Positions 40,528-50,100 of a stretch of 64,000 nt of DNA are shown here, in pieces. The stretch is from Candidatus Ozemobacteraceae bacterium. GTDB lineage: Bacteria; Muiribacteriota; Ozemobacteria; Ozemobacterales; Ozemobacteraceae. Location of the stretch: NCBI GenBank assembly GCA_965140445.1, contig OZ223236.1, forward strand, positions 4,864,001 through 4,928,000, written 5' to 3'. The notes beneath the pieces are model-generated. The model saw only the letters and a list, made by a program, of their open reading frames with translations. It was not told where the DNA came from and searched no databases. The stretch's first letter is position 1. Every line of letters begins with the position of its first letter. Made by a program: the position numbers and the translations under genes.

Positions 40528-41660
40528 TTAATTTAAAGCGACTTCTCCCGGTTTAACTACGTATGAAATAAATTTTCCACGCACCTGACCTGATCTGTCA
40601 TACCCCAAATCACCGTAGTCACCGGTATTTAAATCCCCACCAGATCTTGTGAAATCTTCTGGAGCCAAAATTTCAAATTCCGCAAATCCAATTATTCTTA
40701 CTGCAGAACCAAAATCATAATCCGCAGAATCGTATACTCCATCAGCCTGATCGTTACCCTGAATGTCATAAATAGTTTTTGCATCAGCATTTCTCGGGTT
40801 ATTTATCGCAACCTCTTCTCCAACATCAGTAATTGGGACTACTATTCTTCTTCTTGGTGTTAAGCTTTCTATCCTGAATTCAACGCCATCATCTGTTGGT
40901 CCGACCATATTCCCGTATTCTGGAATAATACGGTCATTAATTTGTAAAGATCCGCTAAAACCATATTTCAGACGATTTTCATAGTCTTTAGCCCCACCGC
41001 CAATAACATTATCTGGATCTACAGTTCCATAGCAGTTTTTCTTAAATCCTGAATAATACTTATCAAGATCATTACCATTTCCTTCACCAAGCTTGAGAAT
41101 GTATTCCTCTCCAGTTTTAAAACCTTCTCCGGAGAGAAACAAATCAACCTTATACTCGTGTTGTGAAAGGTCTTTTACAACTCCGTGTGGAATTGCTAAA
41201 GGCACAATACCTGAGAGGTCAAAACCAGAGCTGCCTTCTCTTTCGGAACTAACTTATGCGGTTTGAAAATTTAAAATTTTGGCAAAAAACAACCCCACTT
41301 CTTTTTTTGCGTACACTTTGAGTTGAAGTCCATCTCCAAAATCAATTGATATGTCTTTTAAATCTCCTTCTTTAAAGCCATTTGCATCAAAAATTTCTTT
41401 TATATGACTCTTAATCAAGGATTGGTCACCGTCATCTAAAGGTCCAGAATTCTTGAAAGATGTCATCATCATTCTGTCAAAACCAGCTTTCCAGGCGGCA
41501 TTAACCGCAGTCTGGAGGCGGGCATGATTAAAATACATCCATCCAACGTCAGTAACAAGAGCGCTTAGTCCTAAAAACAATACAGCGCCAACTGCAACCA
41601 TTAAAAGGATTCCACCGTGTCTTTTACTCTTAAACTTCTATTAAACAAATGCTTCATCAT
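40528..41660 (-). pseudogene. TadG/Tad-domain pilus assembly protein, interrupted (frameshift ~41640 and in-frame TAA at 41254-41256)
   Basis: GGAGG + ATG at 41660. Adding one base restores KSKRHGGILLMVAV...LVTDVGWMY...RLQTAVNAA (Tad motif). ORFs 41254-41601 and 40528-41205 share a frame and read through a single TAA (QTA*VSSE...GIVPLAIP). Confidence 0.8.
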
Positions 41661-41721
41661 GCCAACCTCCTACGCGACTTTGTGGCAAGATCTAGTTCCC
41701 ACTTTTCTCTAAATCTATTAG

Positions 41722-41737
41722 AGCAATAACTATGCCA
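41722..41737 (-). promoter_or_regulatory. sigma54 promoter of the tadG-like gene
   Basis: TGGCATAGTTATTGCT matches the -24/-12 consensus with exact spacing. Confidence 0.75.
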
Positions 41738-41853
41738 TGAAAAAACCACTTCAATTTCATCTGTTAGAGCGGGTTTAGCGCGTTCTAAAAATCACTGCAA
41801 AAAAACAACAAAGGAAATATTCCCCACTTATAAAAAGTTTTTCCCTTTTTTGC

Positions 41854-41884
41854 AAAAAAAAGACTCAGACAGATGCCTGAGTCT
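41854..41884 (-). terminator. Intrinsic terminator after the MBL hydrolase gene
   Basis: AGACTCAG-loop-CTGAGTCT followed by T7 on the minus strand. Confidence 0.8.
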
Positions 41885-41916
41885 GACAAAAAGATTAGCC
41901 AGGTTGGTTATAAATC

Positions 41917-42738
41917 TTACGCAGCCTTTGTGATCGGCTTTTTCACTTCTTTTTCCGCTTCAATAGTTAGAATCTGTCCTTTTTGAGCAAATCCTAAGAA
42001 TCCGTCTTTTTTACTGTCTTGAGGCGGATTTGGTTGATAGTGATAAAGCCACATTTTGTTTTTGATACTTTCAGGAAGTCCATTTAAGTCATCATAATGG
42101 GCATGAACTCCAGATTTAAAAGGGGCAGTTTCGCAATCATGCAATATGAGGTCTGATGTTTCATAAAATCTTCTCATTTGATAGGGGGCAAATTGAGTAT
42201 CAGTAGAGAAAAAGACTGTTTTCTTTGAGCCAAGTTCATTGATTATCAGACCATAGCTGTGCTGTATCTTCATGCCACTTACAACGTGAACAGTCTGAAC
42301 TGGAGTGAATTTTATTCCTTCCCAGATGAAGGATGAGTTAATTCTTACCGGGTGGCACTCGAAGTAGTCAGTTAGATTTGCCAGCTTCCCTTCAAGAGTT
42401 TCAAGACCACCTCTAAGACTTCGATTCCACAGATCAGCCATAAGTGACTGAATCCCGAACAGTTTTGGTCTTTTGAATCCTGGATTGAAGTAGGTTACGA
42501 GAGCTAACCACTCCATTGAACCTATATGATCTGCATGAAGGTGAGAAATGTAAACTCCGTCTATTTCATTTCCAATATTAGAATTGTTAATTCCAAGCTC
42601 TTCTAGAGCGAACTGTGCATGAGTTCCGCAGTCGATCAGCAGCTTTTTCCCGGTTGATGAGATTACAAGAGCATTTGACTGGTAGTAGTCGCGTGTAGTG
42701 AAGGCGCTTCCGACACCAATGAATTGAATTTTATACAT
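41917..42738 (-). CDS. Metallo-beta-lactamase-fold hydrolase, Apyc1-like cyclic-nucleotide phosphodiesterase
   Basis: Motifs FIGVGSAF, LLIDCG, SHLHADHIG, LW..SLRGGL, DYF, HDCE, GVHAHYDDL..LP and MWLYHY; AAGGAG RBS. Confidence 0.8.
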   Translation of the reverse strand: MYKIQFIGVGSAFTTRDYYQSNALVISSTGKKLLIDCGTHAQFALEELGINNSNIGNEIDGVYISHLHADHIGSMEWLALVTYFNPGFKRPKLFGIQSLMADLWNRSLRGGLETLEGKLANLTDYFECHPVRINSSFIWEGIKFTPVQTVHVVSGMKIQHSYGLIINELGSKKTVFFSTDTQFAPYQMRRFYETSDLILHDCETAPFKSGVHAHYDDLNGLPESIKNKMWLYHYQPNPPQDSKKDGFLGFAQKGQILTIEAEKEVKKPITKAA

Positions 42739-42820
42739 GATGGACTCCTTTCATTTTCGCATAAAGCAAATAGAACCAATTGAAGAAAGCCAAAAAAGCA
42801 ATCTCCTGAAACAATGGAAG

Positions 42821-42940
42821 GATTCCAGCATCAGACATCGGAAGTCAGACTAGTCAAGTTGATTAACAAGTGCAGGCTGCAAAATGCTTAGCGTGAAAAT
42901 GCTATCCCAGGACTAGCCGAGTGCGATATCATACTGGATC
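42821..42940 (-). ncRNA. Candidate structured cis-regulatory RNA in the 5' leader of the MBL hydrolase
   Basis: 15-bp stem TCCAGTATGATATCG / CGATGTC(TG)ATGCTGGA, an internal loop, 8-bp stem GGCTAGTC/GACTAGTC, and inner hairpins. All three G-U pairs work only on the minus (mRNA) strand. Confidence 0.5.
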
Positions 42941-43002
42941 AGCAAACTTATTATATCCCCCTGATAAAAAAAATTCTATCCCAAACCAACACAAATCATA
43001 TT

Positions 43003-43018
43003 TGCAATTGGCATGCCA
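43003..43018 (-). promoter_or_regulatory. sigma54 promoter of the MBL hydrolase
   Basis: TGGCATGCCAATTGCA with exact GG-N10-GC spacing; inverted repeat TGCGACAATT...AATTGTCACA at 43057-43094 is a candidate enhancer. Confidence 0.75.
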
Positions 43019-43093
43019 GATCTAATCTTTGAAATTCACCCGCAATCACTTAAAACTGCGACAATTAGATATAATTTGGGACAAAATTGTCAC

Positions 43094-43129
43094 AAAAAAA
43101 AGATTTGCTTCAAAATTTTGAAGCAAATC
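43094..43129 (-). terminator. Palindrome / intrinsic terminator
   Basis: Perfect 28-bp palindrome GATTTGCTTCAAAATTTTGAAGCAAATC followed by a T run on the minus strand. Confidence 0.7.
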
Positions 43130-43149
43130 AATGTTTAAATACAAAAAAA

Positions 43150-43425
43150 TCAGGAAAGGAGTTCGGAATTCGGTTTTGCAGCCTCAAGAGCAACCCTGGG
43201 GTTACTAACTGCGAAGTCTAAAACTTCCTTAAAATCCTCTACTTCTTTTGCTATTAATGCAACCTTAATAAGTCGCTGCCCTCTTTCCGGGTTTCCATCT
43301 ATTACACAATGGCAACCAAATGCGAAAAGATCGGCAAAAGCCATATCAGTATAATCTCTGTCCAGAGTATAGAAGGCCTCATGAATTTTTTTGGAAAAAA
43401 GCTCTTTTACAGCTTGCATTGTCAT
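43150..43425 (-). CDS. Hypothetical protein (~91 aa)
   Basis: ATG at 43425 with GAGGTG RBS; terminator downstream. Confidence 0.6.
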   Translation of the reverse strand: MTMQAVKELFSKKIHEAFYTLDRDYTDMAFADLFAFGCHCVIDGNPERGQRLIKVALIAKEVEDFKEVLDFAVSNPRVALEAAKPNSELLS

Positions 43426-43691
43426 CTCACACACCTCATATTGAGAACAAAACATTGCACTAAGTCTTATTCGAAATTTATACACATTCACGAATAAGTC
43501 CAGTAATTGTAACATCAAAAAAAAAAATTTCAACCAGCATCAAAATCATTTCGAGTAGAAATTTGAAATTAAACTCGATTTTTTTAATAAATTTCCATTT
43601 AATTTGTCTTTTCACTAAAAATAAGCGACAATTACATTCTTTTGAAAAATAATTTTCTTTTGCTAGAATAAAACCAAAACGGACGTGCTTT

Positions 43692-45872
43692 ATGAACACT
43701 ACACCAAATGATGCCATAAAGAGCAAAAAGATTGCGATTGTTGGGAAAAGCTCACTTTTTCCAGCCACAAATAAAAATAATGCCTTTTGGCCAGCCATTA
43801 TTTCCTTAAAAGGGGTTTTGCCAGCTCTAGCTGCCAGGGAGTGGCCCTTTGGTGAGCTAATTCCAGATGAAACCCTTGGAAAATTAAAAGAATTTTTTAT
43901 GACCAGCGGATTGCTTTCAGATGGAAGTCTGGAAGGCAAGGTTTTTGAAATTCCTTCTGAAGTTTTAAAAATCAGCCAGGTTAAACCGGTTATTGCCTTG
44001 TTTTTAGCAAAACAAGCGCTTGAATCCACAAAAAGTTTTGCCAACAATAAAATTGATAAAAGCAAAATAAAAGTAACTTTTAACTCATCAAACAGCAATT
44101 CAGATGACCTGTCACAGCTGCCAGTTAAATTTGCAGAAAAATTTGGGCTTGAAGGAACAACTCTCGAAGCACCCTTGCCATCATCAATAGGAATTGAAAG
44201 CTTGAGCGTTGCTTTTAACGCCTTACAAAGCAATGAAACAGACCTTGTGCTAACTGGAAGCATTAGCGATATAAATACAGCGCTTTCAGTTATTGAAGCC
44301 TCTCTAATAGAAAGAACTTCCGATTTATTAAATTGCACCTTAATCGAAGGCTACGGCTTTACAGCCTTAAGGCGCCTCGAAGATGCGAAAAAGGATGAAG
44401 ATGAAATAATTGCTGTGATTTCGTCAGCAACAGGCTCTTCAATAACACTTGAGCTGCCACCCATGAATACTGCCGCCGGGAGAGAATCTGCGGATATAAA
44501 AGTCATCGCTACCCCACAATCATATGAAGCGTTTAAAGTTGCCCCACAAGGCAACTATGCTCCCCCTCTTAAAAATCCCGGAATGCTTCCACTTGATAAG
44601 CGACAAAAGTATCTTGAAGGACTAAGATATGTAAGCAATGCCTCCCTTTCAAATGTGAGTAATGAGGAAAGCAGTCTTAATAGAGATGAAGTAAGTTCTG
44701 TTTCATGGCTCGGTTCAAAGCTTGCGCAAATGTATCAAATACCAGAGTCATCCCCTGAACTTCTTAAGCAGGTGGTCAGCACGGAGCATTTGTCTCAATT
44801 TGCACGATTGCATCCAAAAGATATCGATTATGATTTCTCAAACAATTCCTGTCTGAACCTTCCTTATAACCCAGTATCAATAGAGATTTCTGAGTCAGAC
44901 GGAAAAGTAAAGGTTCAGGGTGCACCTGATGAAATGCTTGATTGGAAAAAAATCAAAAGTTGTTGGGTGAAAAGCACAGGATCAAACAGGTTTTTTCATG
45001 ACTTGATCGGGGTTTTAACAGGAACATTTGTTAATAGAATAGTTTTTGAAGACCCAATGGCATTGTATGAAGCAACTTCAAAGCCAGTTCTATTTCTAGC
45101 CAACCACCAAATTGGGATTGAATCTCCATTGCTAATGGCGCTTTCTTACGCTATCACCGGGCTTCCAATTCAGGCTGTAGCTAAGCCTGACCATGTAAAC
45201 ACCTGGTTAAAATTCTTGATGGCATTTGCAGAAGATTCTCTTGGAGCAGATCACCCATTTAAGCTAATCTTCTTTGATAAAACCAATCCCATGGGACTGA
45301 TTAATTCTTTAAAACAACAGGAGACTCTTGAGGCTTCTGTTCTAGTGCATGTTGAAGGAACTCGCGATCTTAAAGCCGGGCAGCCAGTAACAAGAATGAG
45401 CTCTATTTTCCTGGATCTTGCAATTGAAAAAGGAATCACCATTGTGCCCGTTAGACTGGTTGGTGGGCTTCCCCTTGAAGATGGCGGGGAAAGACTGGAC
45501 TTTCCATACGAAAACGGTCGCCAGGATTACTTTTTTGGGAAACCAATTTTGTCAGAACAGCTAAAAGCAATGCCTTACGGGCAGCGACCTAAGTTTGTTA
45601 TGGAAAAAATCAATTCTCTCGGACCTCTAAATGATGAGGATTTCCCAGGGAAACCAATCAAGAAGTTCGTTGAAAAACAAAATTTCTACATGACCAATTT
45701 GGGCATGCCAAAAATTCAGGCAATGCTGTTCTCTATTCTTGGTCTAATTGATGAACCAAGTGAAGAAACCATGCTACTTATGAACGAGTTAAAAACCGGT
45801 AAGTTTGATCCGAAAAGTCCAAACATACCTGATACTCTGAAGAAATTTTTAATGCACGTGGCAGCAAAGTAA
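43692..45872 (+). CDS. Degenerate ketosynthase-like domain fused to a 1-acylglycerol-3-phosphate acyltransferase (Pfa3-type AGPAT)
   Basis: KS-like segments KIAIVG..LFP...FW, DLVLTG and EG...LRRLEDAKKDEDEIIAVI; PlsC motifs LFLANHQIGIES, AVAK, FFDK, VHVEGTR and IVPV. Confidence 0.75.
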   Translation: MNTTPNDAIKSKKIAIVGKSSLFPATNKNNAFWPAIISLKGVLPALAAREWPFGELIPDETLGKLKEFFMTSGLLSDGSLEGKVFEIPSEVLKISQVKPVIALFLAKQALESTKSFANNKIDKSKIKVTFNSSNSNSDDLSQLPVKFAEKFGLEGTTLEAPLPSSIGIESLSVAFNALQSNETDLVLTGSISDINTALSVIEASLIERTSDLLNCTLIEGYGFTALRRLEDAKKDEDEIIAVISSATGSSITLELPPMNTAAGRESADIKVIATPQSYEAFKVAPQGNYAPPLKNPGMLPLDKRQKYLEGLRYVSNASLSNVSNEESSLNRDEVSSVSWLGSKLAQMYQIPESSPELLKQVVSTEHLSQFARLHPKDIDYDFSNNSCLNLPYNPVSIEISESDGKVKVQGAPDEMLDWKKIKSCWVKSTGSNRFFHDLIGVLTGTFVNRIVFEDPMALYEATSKPVLFLANHQIGIESPLLMALSYAITGLPIQAVAKPDHVNTWLKFLMAFAEDSLGADHPFKLIFFDKTNPMGLINSLKQQETLEASVLVHVEGTRDLKAGQPVTRMSSIFLDLAIEKGITIVPVRLVGGLPLEDGGERLDFPYENGRQDYFFGKPILSEQLKAMPYGQRPKFVMEKINSLGPLNDEDFPGKPIKKFVEKQNFYMTNLGMPKIQAMLFSILGLIDEPSEETMLLMNELKTGKFDPKSPNIPDTLKKFLMHVAAK

Positions 45873-45881
45873 ATCTGGAAT

Positions 45882-45920
45882 AAAAAAAGGGCCTGCAAAT
45901 TGTAGTTGCAGGCCCTTTTT
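45882..45920. terminator. Bidirectional intrinsic terminator
   Basis: A7-GGGCCTGCAA-loop-TTGCAGGCCC-T5 between convergent genes. Confidence 0.85.
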
Positions 45921-45935
45921 AATAAATAAACAGAT

Positions 45936-46436
45936 CTATTTTTTCAAAGATAACAAACCCACAAGCTCTTCAAACGCTTCTGAAATAGATTTACCAGCTG
46001 TATCTAATAAAATTCTTTCAGATTCAAACTCTTCAAATTCTCGATCAACAACTTCCTGCCAACATGGAAGAGAATGGCCTGATAAATCAGAAACCCTGTT
46101 TTCTACTCTTGTCTGGTGTTCTGTTGAATTTGAGCATTTAATTTCAATATCTATAAACTTAACCATAGCTTCAGAAGCAACCTTGTGATATGCATTTCTA
46201 GTAATTGCAATAGGGTTTACCGAATCGGTGATAACATCAAGTCCATTAAGCAAGTTATCTTTTGCCACAACAGAGGCAACCATATATCCTTCTGGCCCAT
46301 TAACGCTCTGTTCCGCTTTCATCATTGCATTCTCAATGCTATCAATTCGCAGATAAACAGCGCCAATTCTTTTGGCAAGCATCTTGGCAAGTGTCGTTTT
46401 TCCAGTGCCTGGAAGACCAGAAAAAATATAAAGCAT
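45936..46436 (-). CDS. AAA_33 family P-loop kinase
   Basis: Motifs SGLPGTGKTT, LRIDSIE, DSVNP and CS...EHQTRVENR. Confidence 0.88.
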   Translation of the reverse strand: MLYIFSGLPGTGKTTLAKMLAKRIGAVYLRIDSIENAMMKAEQSVNGPEGYMVASVVAKDNLLNGLDVITDSVNPIAITRNAYHKVASEAMVKFIDIEIKCSNSTEHQTRVENRVSDLSGHSLPCWQEVVDREFEEFESERILLDTAGKSISEAFEELVGLLSLKK

Positions 46437-46537
46437 TTTTAAAACCTCATTTTAAATTTTCTGACATATTCCTGGATAAAAATCTTAGCTGCCTGATTTA
46501 ACTGTTAATGCCTGGAGCAGCTTACAAATTCATTAAC

Positions 46538-47107
46538 CTAGATTTTTTCTCCACAACCTGTACAGAATTTGTTGTCCGGTTTGAGCTGTTTTCCACATTT
46601 TCCACAGAAGGCTTCCTGTTTAATGGGAATTCCACAGCCTACACAAAATTTTGTTCCCGCTTTATTCTCTCTGTTACATCCAGAACACATAACAGAAGTC
46701 TCTCCTTTCAAATGCGCCGGGACAGGAGGTGGGGCATCCGGGGTTTTACCTGGCGCAGAAGTTTTGTTCCCTGATTCACCATTTTTTACATGCTTTTTCC
46801 AATCTTCATAAACATCTTCAGGTATTTTTGGAGAAACCGGAGGGGTAATTGAAATTTTTACTTCATCTTGTTCTTCGTAGTATTCTGAAGAAATTCCTTC
46901 AGGCTTTTTCTCTTCCCATGACTCTTGCTCTGGATCGTAAAACAACCACACCCCGGAGTCCTCATCGATTTTCCAGAGTTGTCCATTTTCATCCGTTACT
47001 TCAAGATCCGTGTCAACCTTTTCTCTCAGATCGTCTAGAGAAATAGCACCATTAACGTAAGCACGCTTCAATAGTTCAAATTCTTTTCTGGCTTGAGTAA
47101 AATCCAT
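46538..47107 (-). CDS. Double zinc-ribbon protein with SHOCT-like and Trp-rich acidic N-terminus
   Basis: CSGC..FCVGCG..FCGKCG..FCTGCG; N-terminal LKRAYVNGAISLDD; GGAGG RBS. Confidence 0.8.
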   Translation of the reverse strand: MDFTQARKEFELLKRAYVNGAISLDDLREKVDTDLEVTDENGQLWKIDEDSGVWLFYDPEQESWEEKKPEGISSEYYEEQDEVKISITPPVSPKIPEDVYEDWKKHVKNGESGNKTSAPGKTPDAPPPVPAHLKGETSVMCSGCNRENKAGTKFCVGCGIPIKQEAFCGKCGKQLKPDNKFCTGCGEKI

Positions 47108-47119
47108 TTTGTGCCTCCG

Positions 47120-50100
47120 TTAATCAATCATAGAATTCATAGCGGAAATTCTTCCACCAAATGAATCTGCAAACTCGTTTAATGAGCTAAATCCGCTATT
47201 CTTTACCAGCTTTTCTACATAGGATGGAGATTTTTTCAGGTTGACTGCTTTTTCCATCAGACCGATAAGCTTGGACATTTTTGAATCATCCGCCTGCTTT
47301 TTCCCCATCATATCTAATAAAGAACGTCTGGGTTTATAGATATTCTTGTATTGCTTAACCAGCTGGCTCATTCCTTCCATTTTAAAGGATTCGGATTCTA
47401 TAAGGTTACCGCTTTTGGCCGAATCAACAGCTTTATTAAACCAGTGTTTGCCTTTATATGCAGCCGTCATACCGATTTGAGTTCCATCTTCAAGCTTTTC
47501 TGGCAAGCCTGATTTATCCATGATTTTATTAAAATCCCGGTTTTCCATTTTGCCATTTTCGTAGTTCATTTTCTTGCGGCCATAAGCCTCGGCATCTTTG
47601 CTATCAATGGCGTATTGGTCGTATTTGTCCATCAATTCGTCGGGAAGAAGGTCTTTAGAGTTTTTATGCCCAACACTTCGGTAAAGCTCTCTTCCGTAAA
47701 CATCTCTCAGCTTTTCTTTCGGATAGTCAACGGTCATTGTTTTTCCGAACTTATCCGTGTATTTATATTCAACCGAAATATCACGATCCGATCCAGCTTT
47801 AACCTTTTTACTCGCATTTGTAGCATTGGTCATCTTAAGGTCTTTAGACTTAACGTGAATCCCTTTAGCCTTTAAGTCCTGAATAATTTTTTTCTTAACT
47901 CGCTTATCAATTGAAGCGTATATCTTGCCAAGTTCTTTGTTGTAGGCGACCCTGACTTCTTTTGGCCATTTATTGATTTCTTTCAATGCAAATTTGTCTG
48001 ATTGAATGTCTAATAATTTTTGCTTTATAGCTTTCTTATCACCTGATTTAATCGCATCTTCAAATCCCGCGACCTTATCCTTGGCTTGTTTCCAGCCTTT
48101 TTCTGCGGCATCGTCAAGGTTGTCATCAATTTTATTCAGCTGCTCGGGTTTTATTCCTTTTTTCTTTGCAATTGCAGATGCTTTTGCCGCAAGGAATTTA
48201 AGAGCAGCAGCAGTTGCAACCGTTATAGCTGCTTTTTTTGCTGCCTCAATAACCGAAAGTTTATGAACGCTTAGATTGGCAATAAAATGGTATCCAAACT
48301 GAACTGACCACGCAATTGCTACAACTTTCTTATTATTGGAAAATTTGGCCACAAATTTGTCAGGATCAAGTGCAGTTGCTCCCATTTCAATGAACATATC
48401 CTTGATTTCTTTCCAAAAGGATTCTTCAAGCCATTGATCGAAGGATTTATCATTTCTATAAGCCTGGATTCCAGAAAGGACCAGGTCATAAATTTCTCCG
48501 GCAGCCATTGCCGCAAAAACGCCCATCTTTAGCTTATTCGTAAGAAGAAAGTCAGTAGCCATGCGTCCAGACCATTGAGCAAAATCCAGAGTGTTTTCGA
48601 TATATCCAGCCCATCGCTCAACATCTTCATAGCCAGAAAGCCCTTCAGCTTCCCATAAAGCCATCGCCATCTTCCAGGTTTTACGGCGAAGTTCATACAA
48701 GCCTTTTGCACCGAGGAACCTCGCCTGTTGATCCAGGAATTTGTCCATTCTTTTCCTGTGAGAATCCGGGAGCCTCGCAATAATTTTTCGGCAACGCTCA
48801 AGCTCAATTTCCCATGCGCGGCTTTCTACCTGCATCAAGTCCACATCTAGCATTAGTGGAATTTTCAGCTGGTGAGTTCCAGATCTGTCTCCCAGAGTCG
48901 CTGTAGCGTAATAACTTTCACCCTGCCCTGGAAGAAGAATTGAGGTTTTAACTTTATAAACAAAAGAAGACAGACTATCTTCACTGAACCCGCGAAGATT
49001 TCTCCAGCAATCGTCACCCGCCTTCAAGAAACTTTCTGGCTTAAACATAAGTCTGGAAGTAGCGAATGCTTTTGCCGAAAGTTGAGAGCTGGTTACTAAT
49101 TCAGTAGAGAAAAAGACTTCGCTAAGCAAATCAAAATCAGTCTGTAGTTTGCCACCAAAAGCTTTTACAGCGGTTATAGCAATTTCAGATTCGGTTTCGC
49201 CGTCTGCAGCAATACGTATAGGAGTTTGAGAAACAAGTATAAGCCCTTCTTTTGCAGTAGTAACCACAATAGTTGTTTTCGCTGTTTTTCCAGTTTCCTT
49301 ATTTTTAGCAAAAACTTGTAACTCAGAAGAAACAGACTGTCCAGCACCTTCTTCAAGCTTTTCTGCTTTAATTTTTATATTACATTCTCGTCTGGTAACT
49401 TTTTGACATTTAGCGTCTGCAATAGCCGACTCAATATCTGCAACAGGCTGAACACTAAATTCCCATTCACCTTCATCTACAGCCACAACCCAGGCTTTTA
49501 TTTTTGGATGTTCACTAGATCCTTCTGCAATAACAATACTTTTCTGGTTTAGATGAATCTCTGGATCTGGTGCTTTTAGAGCAATGTCAACCCTGCTTCT
49601 ATCGAGCTTTAAATTTTCAGGTGCACAAATTTTTATTGATACAGAATTTGGAAAACCAAGCCCGGTATCTCCTGAATAAAATTCAGAATCCAACTTATAA
49701 GAAAAACTTAAATTAAAGCTTTTATAACCGAAGCCTGAACTGGAATGGGAATCTTCAATATTTATAAATTCAGCCGCCGCTCCCTCTGCGATCAAAGTAA
49801 CATGGTTTAGAATGTCACCAGAATTCTCGTTATTTCCTGATAGAATAACGGATAAGCGCATATCTTCATGATTTCCGGCAAAAAGAAAATCTCTATCAGT
49901 TTCAACAGTTGCTTCTAAATCTTCTGTTTCATCCTGTTTTTCTTCGCCTTTCTCATCATCCTCTTTTCGGCCAGGTTGTTCTGGGGCAGTATCGTTATCA
50001 GTATTTTCCCCTGAACTATTTGCATCAGTCGCTTTACCAGTCACAGAGGCTCCAGCACCAGTAGCTGCACCTGCCAGACCAATCGCGACAAACATAAACC

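Noticed and set aside
42733..42838. Possible 35-aa hydrophobic leader ORF (MSDAGILPLFQ...) overlapping the MBL gene start
   Set aside because: No clear RBS, and its start lies inside the predicted RNA stem; unsupported without conservation data.
43478..44338. 286-aa minus-strand ORF
   Set aside because: Antisense shadow of the KS-acyltransferase gene, with no motifs.
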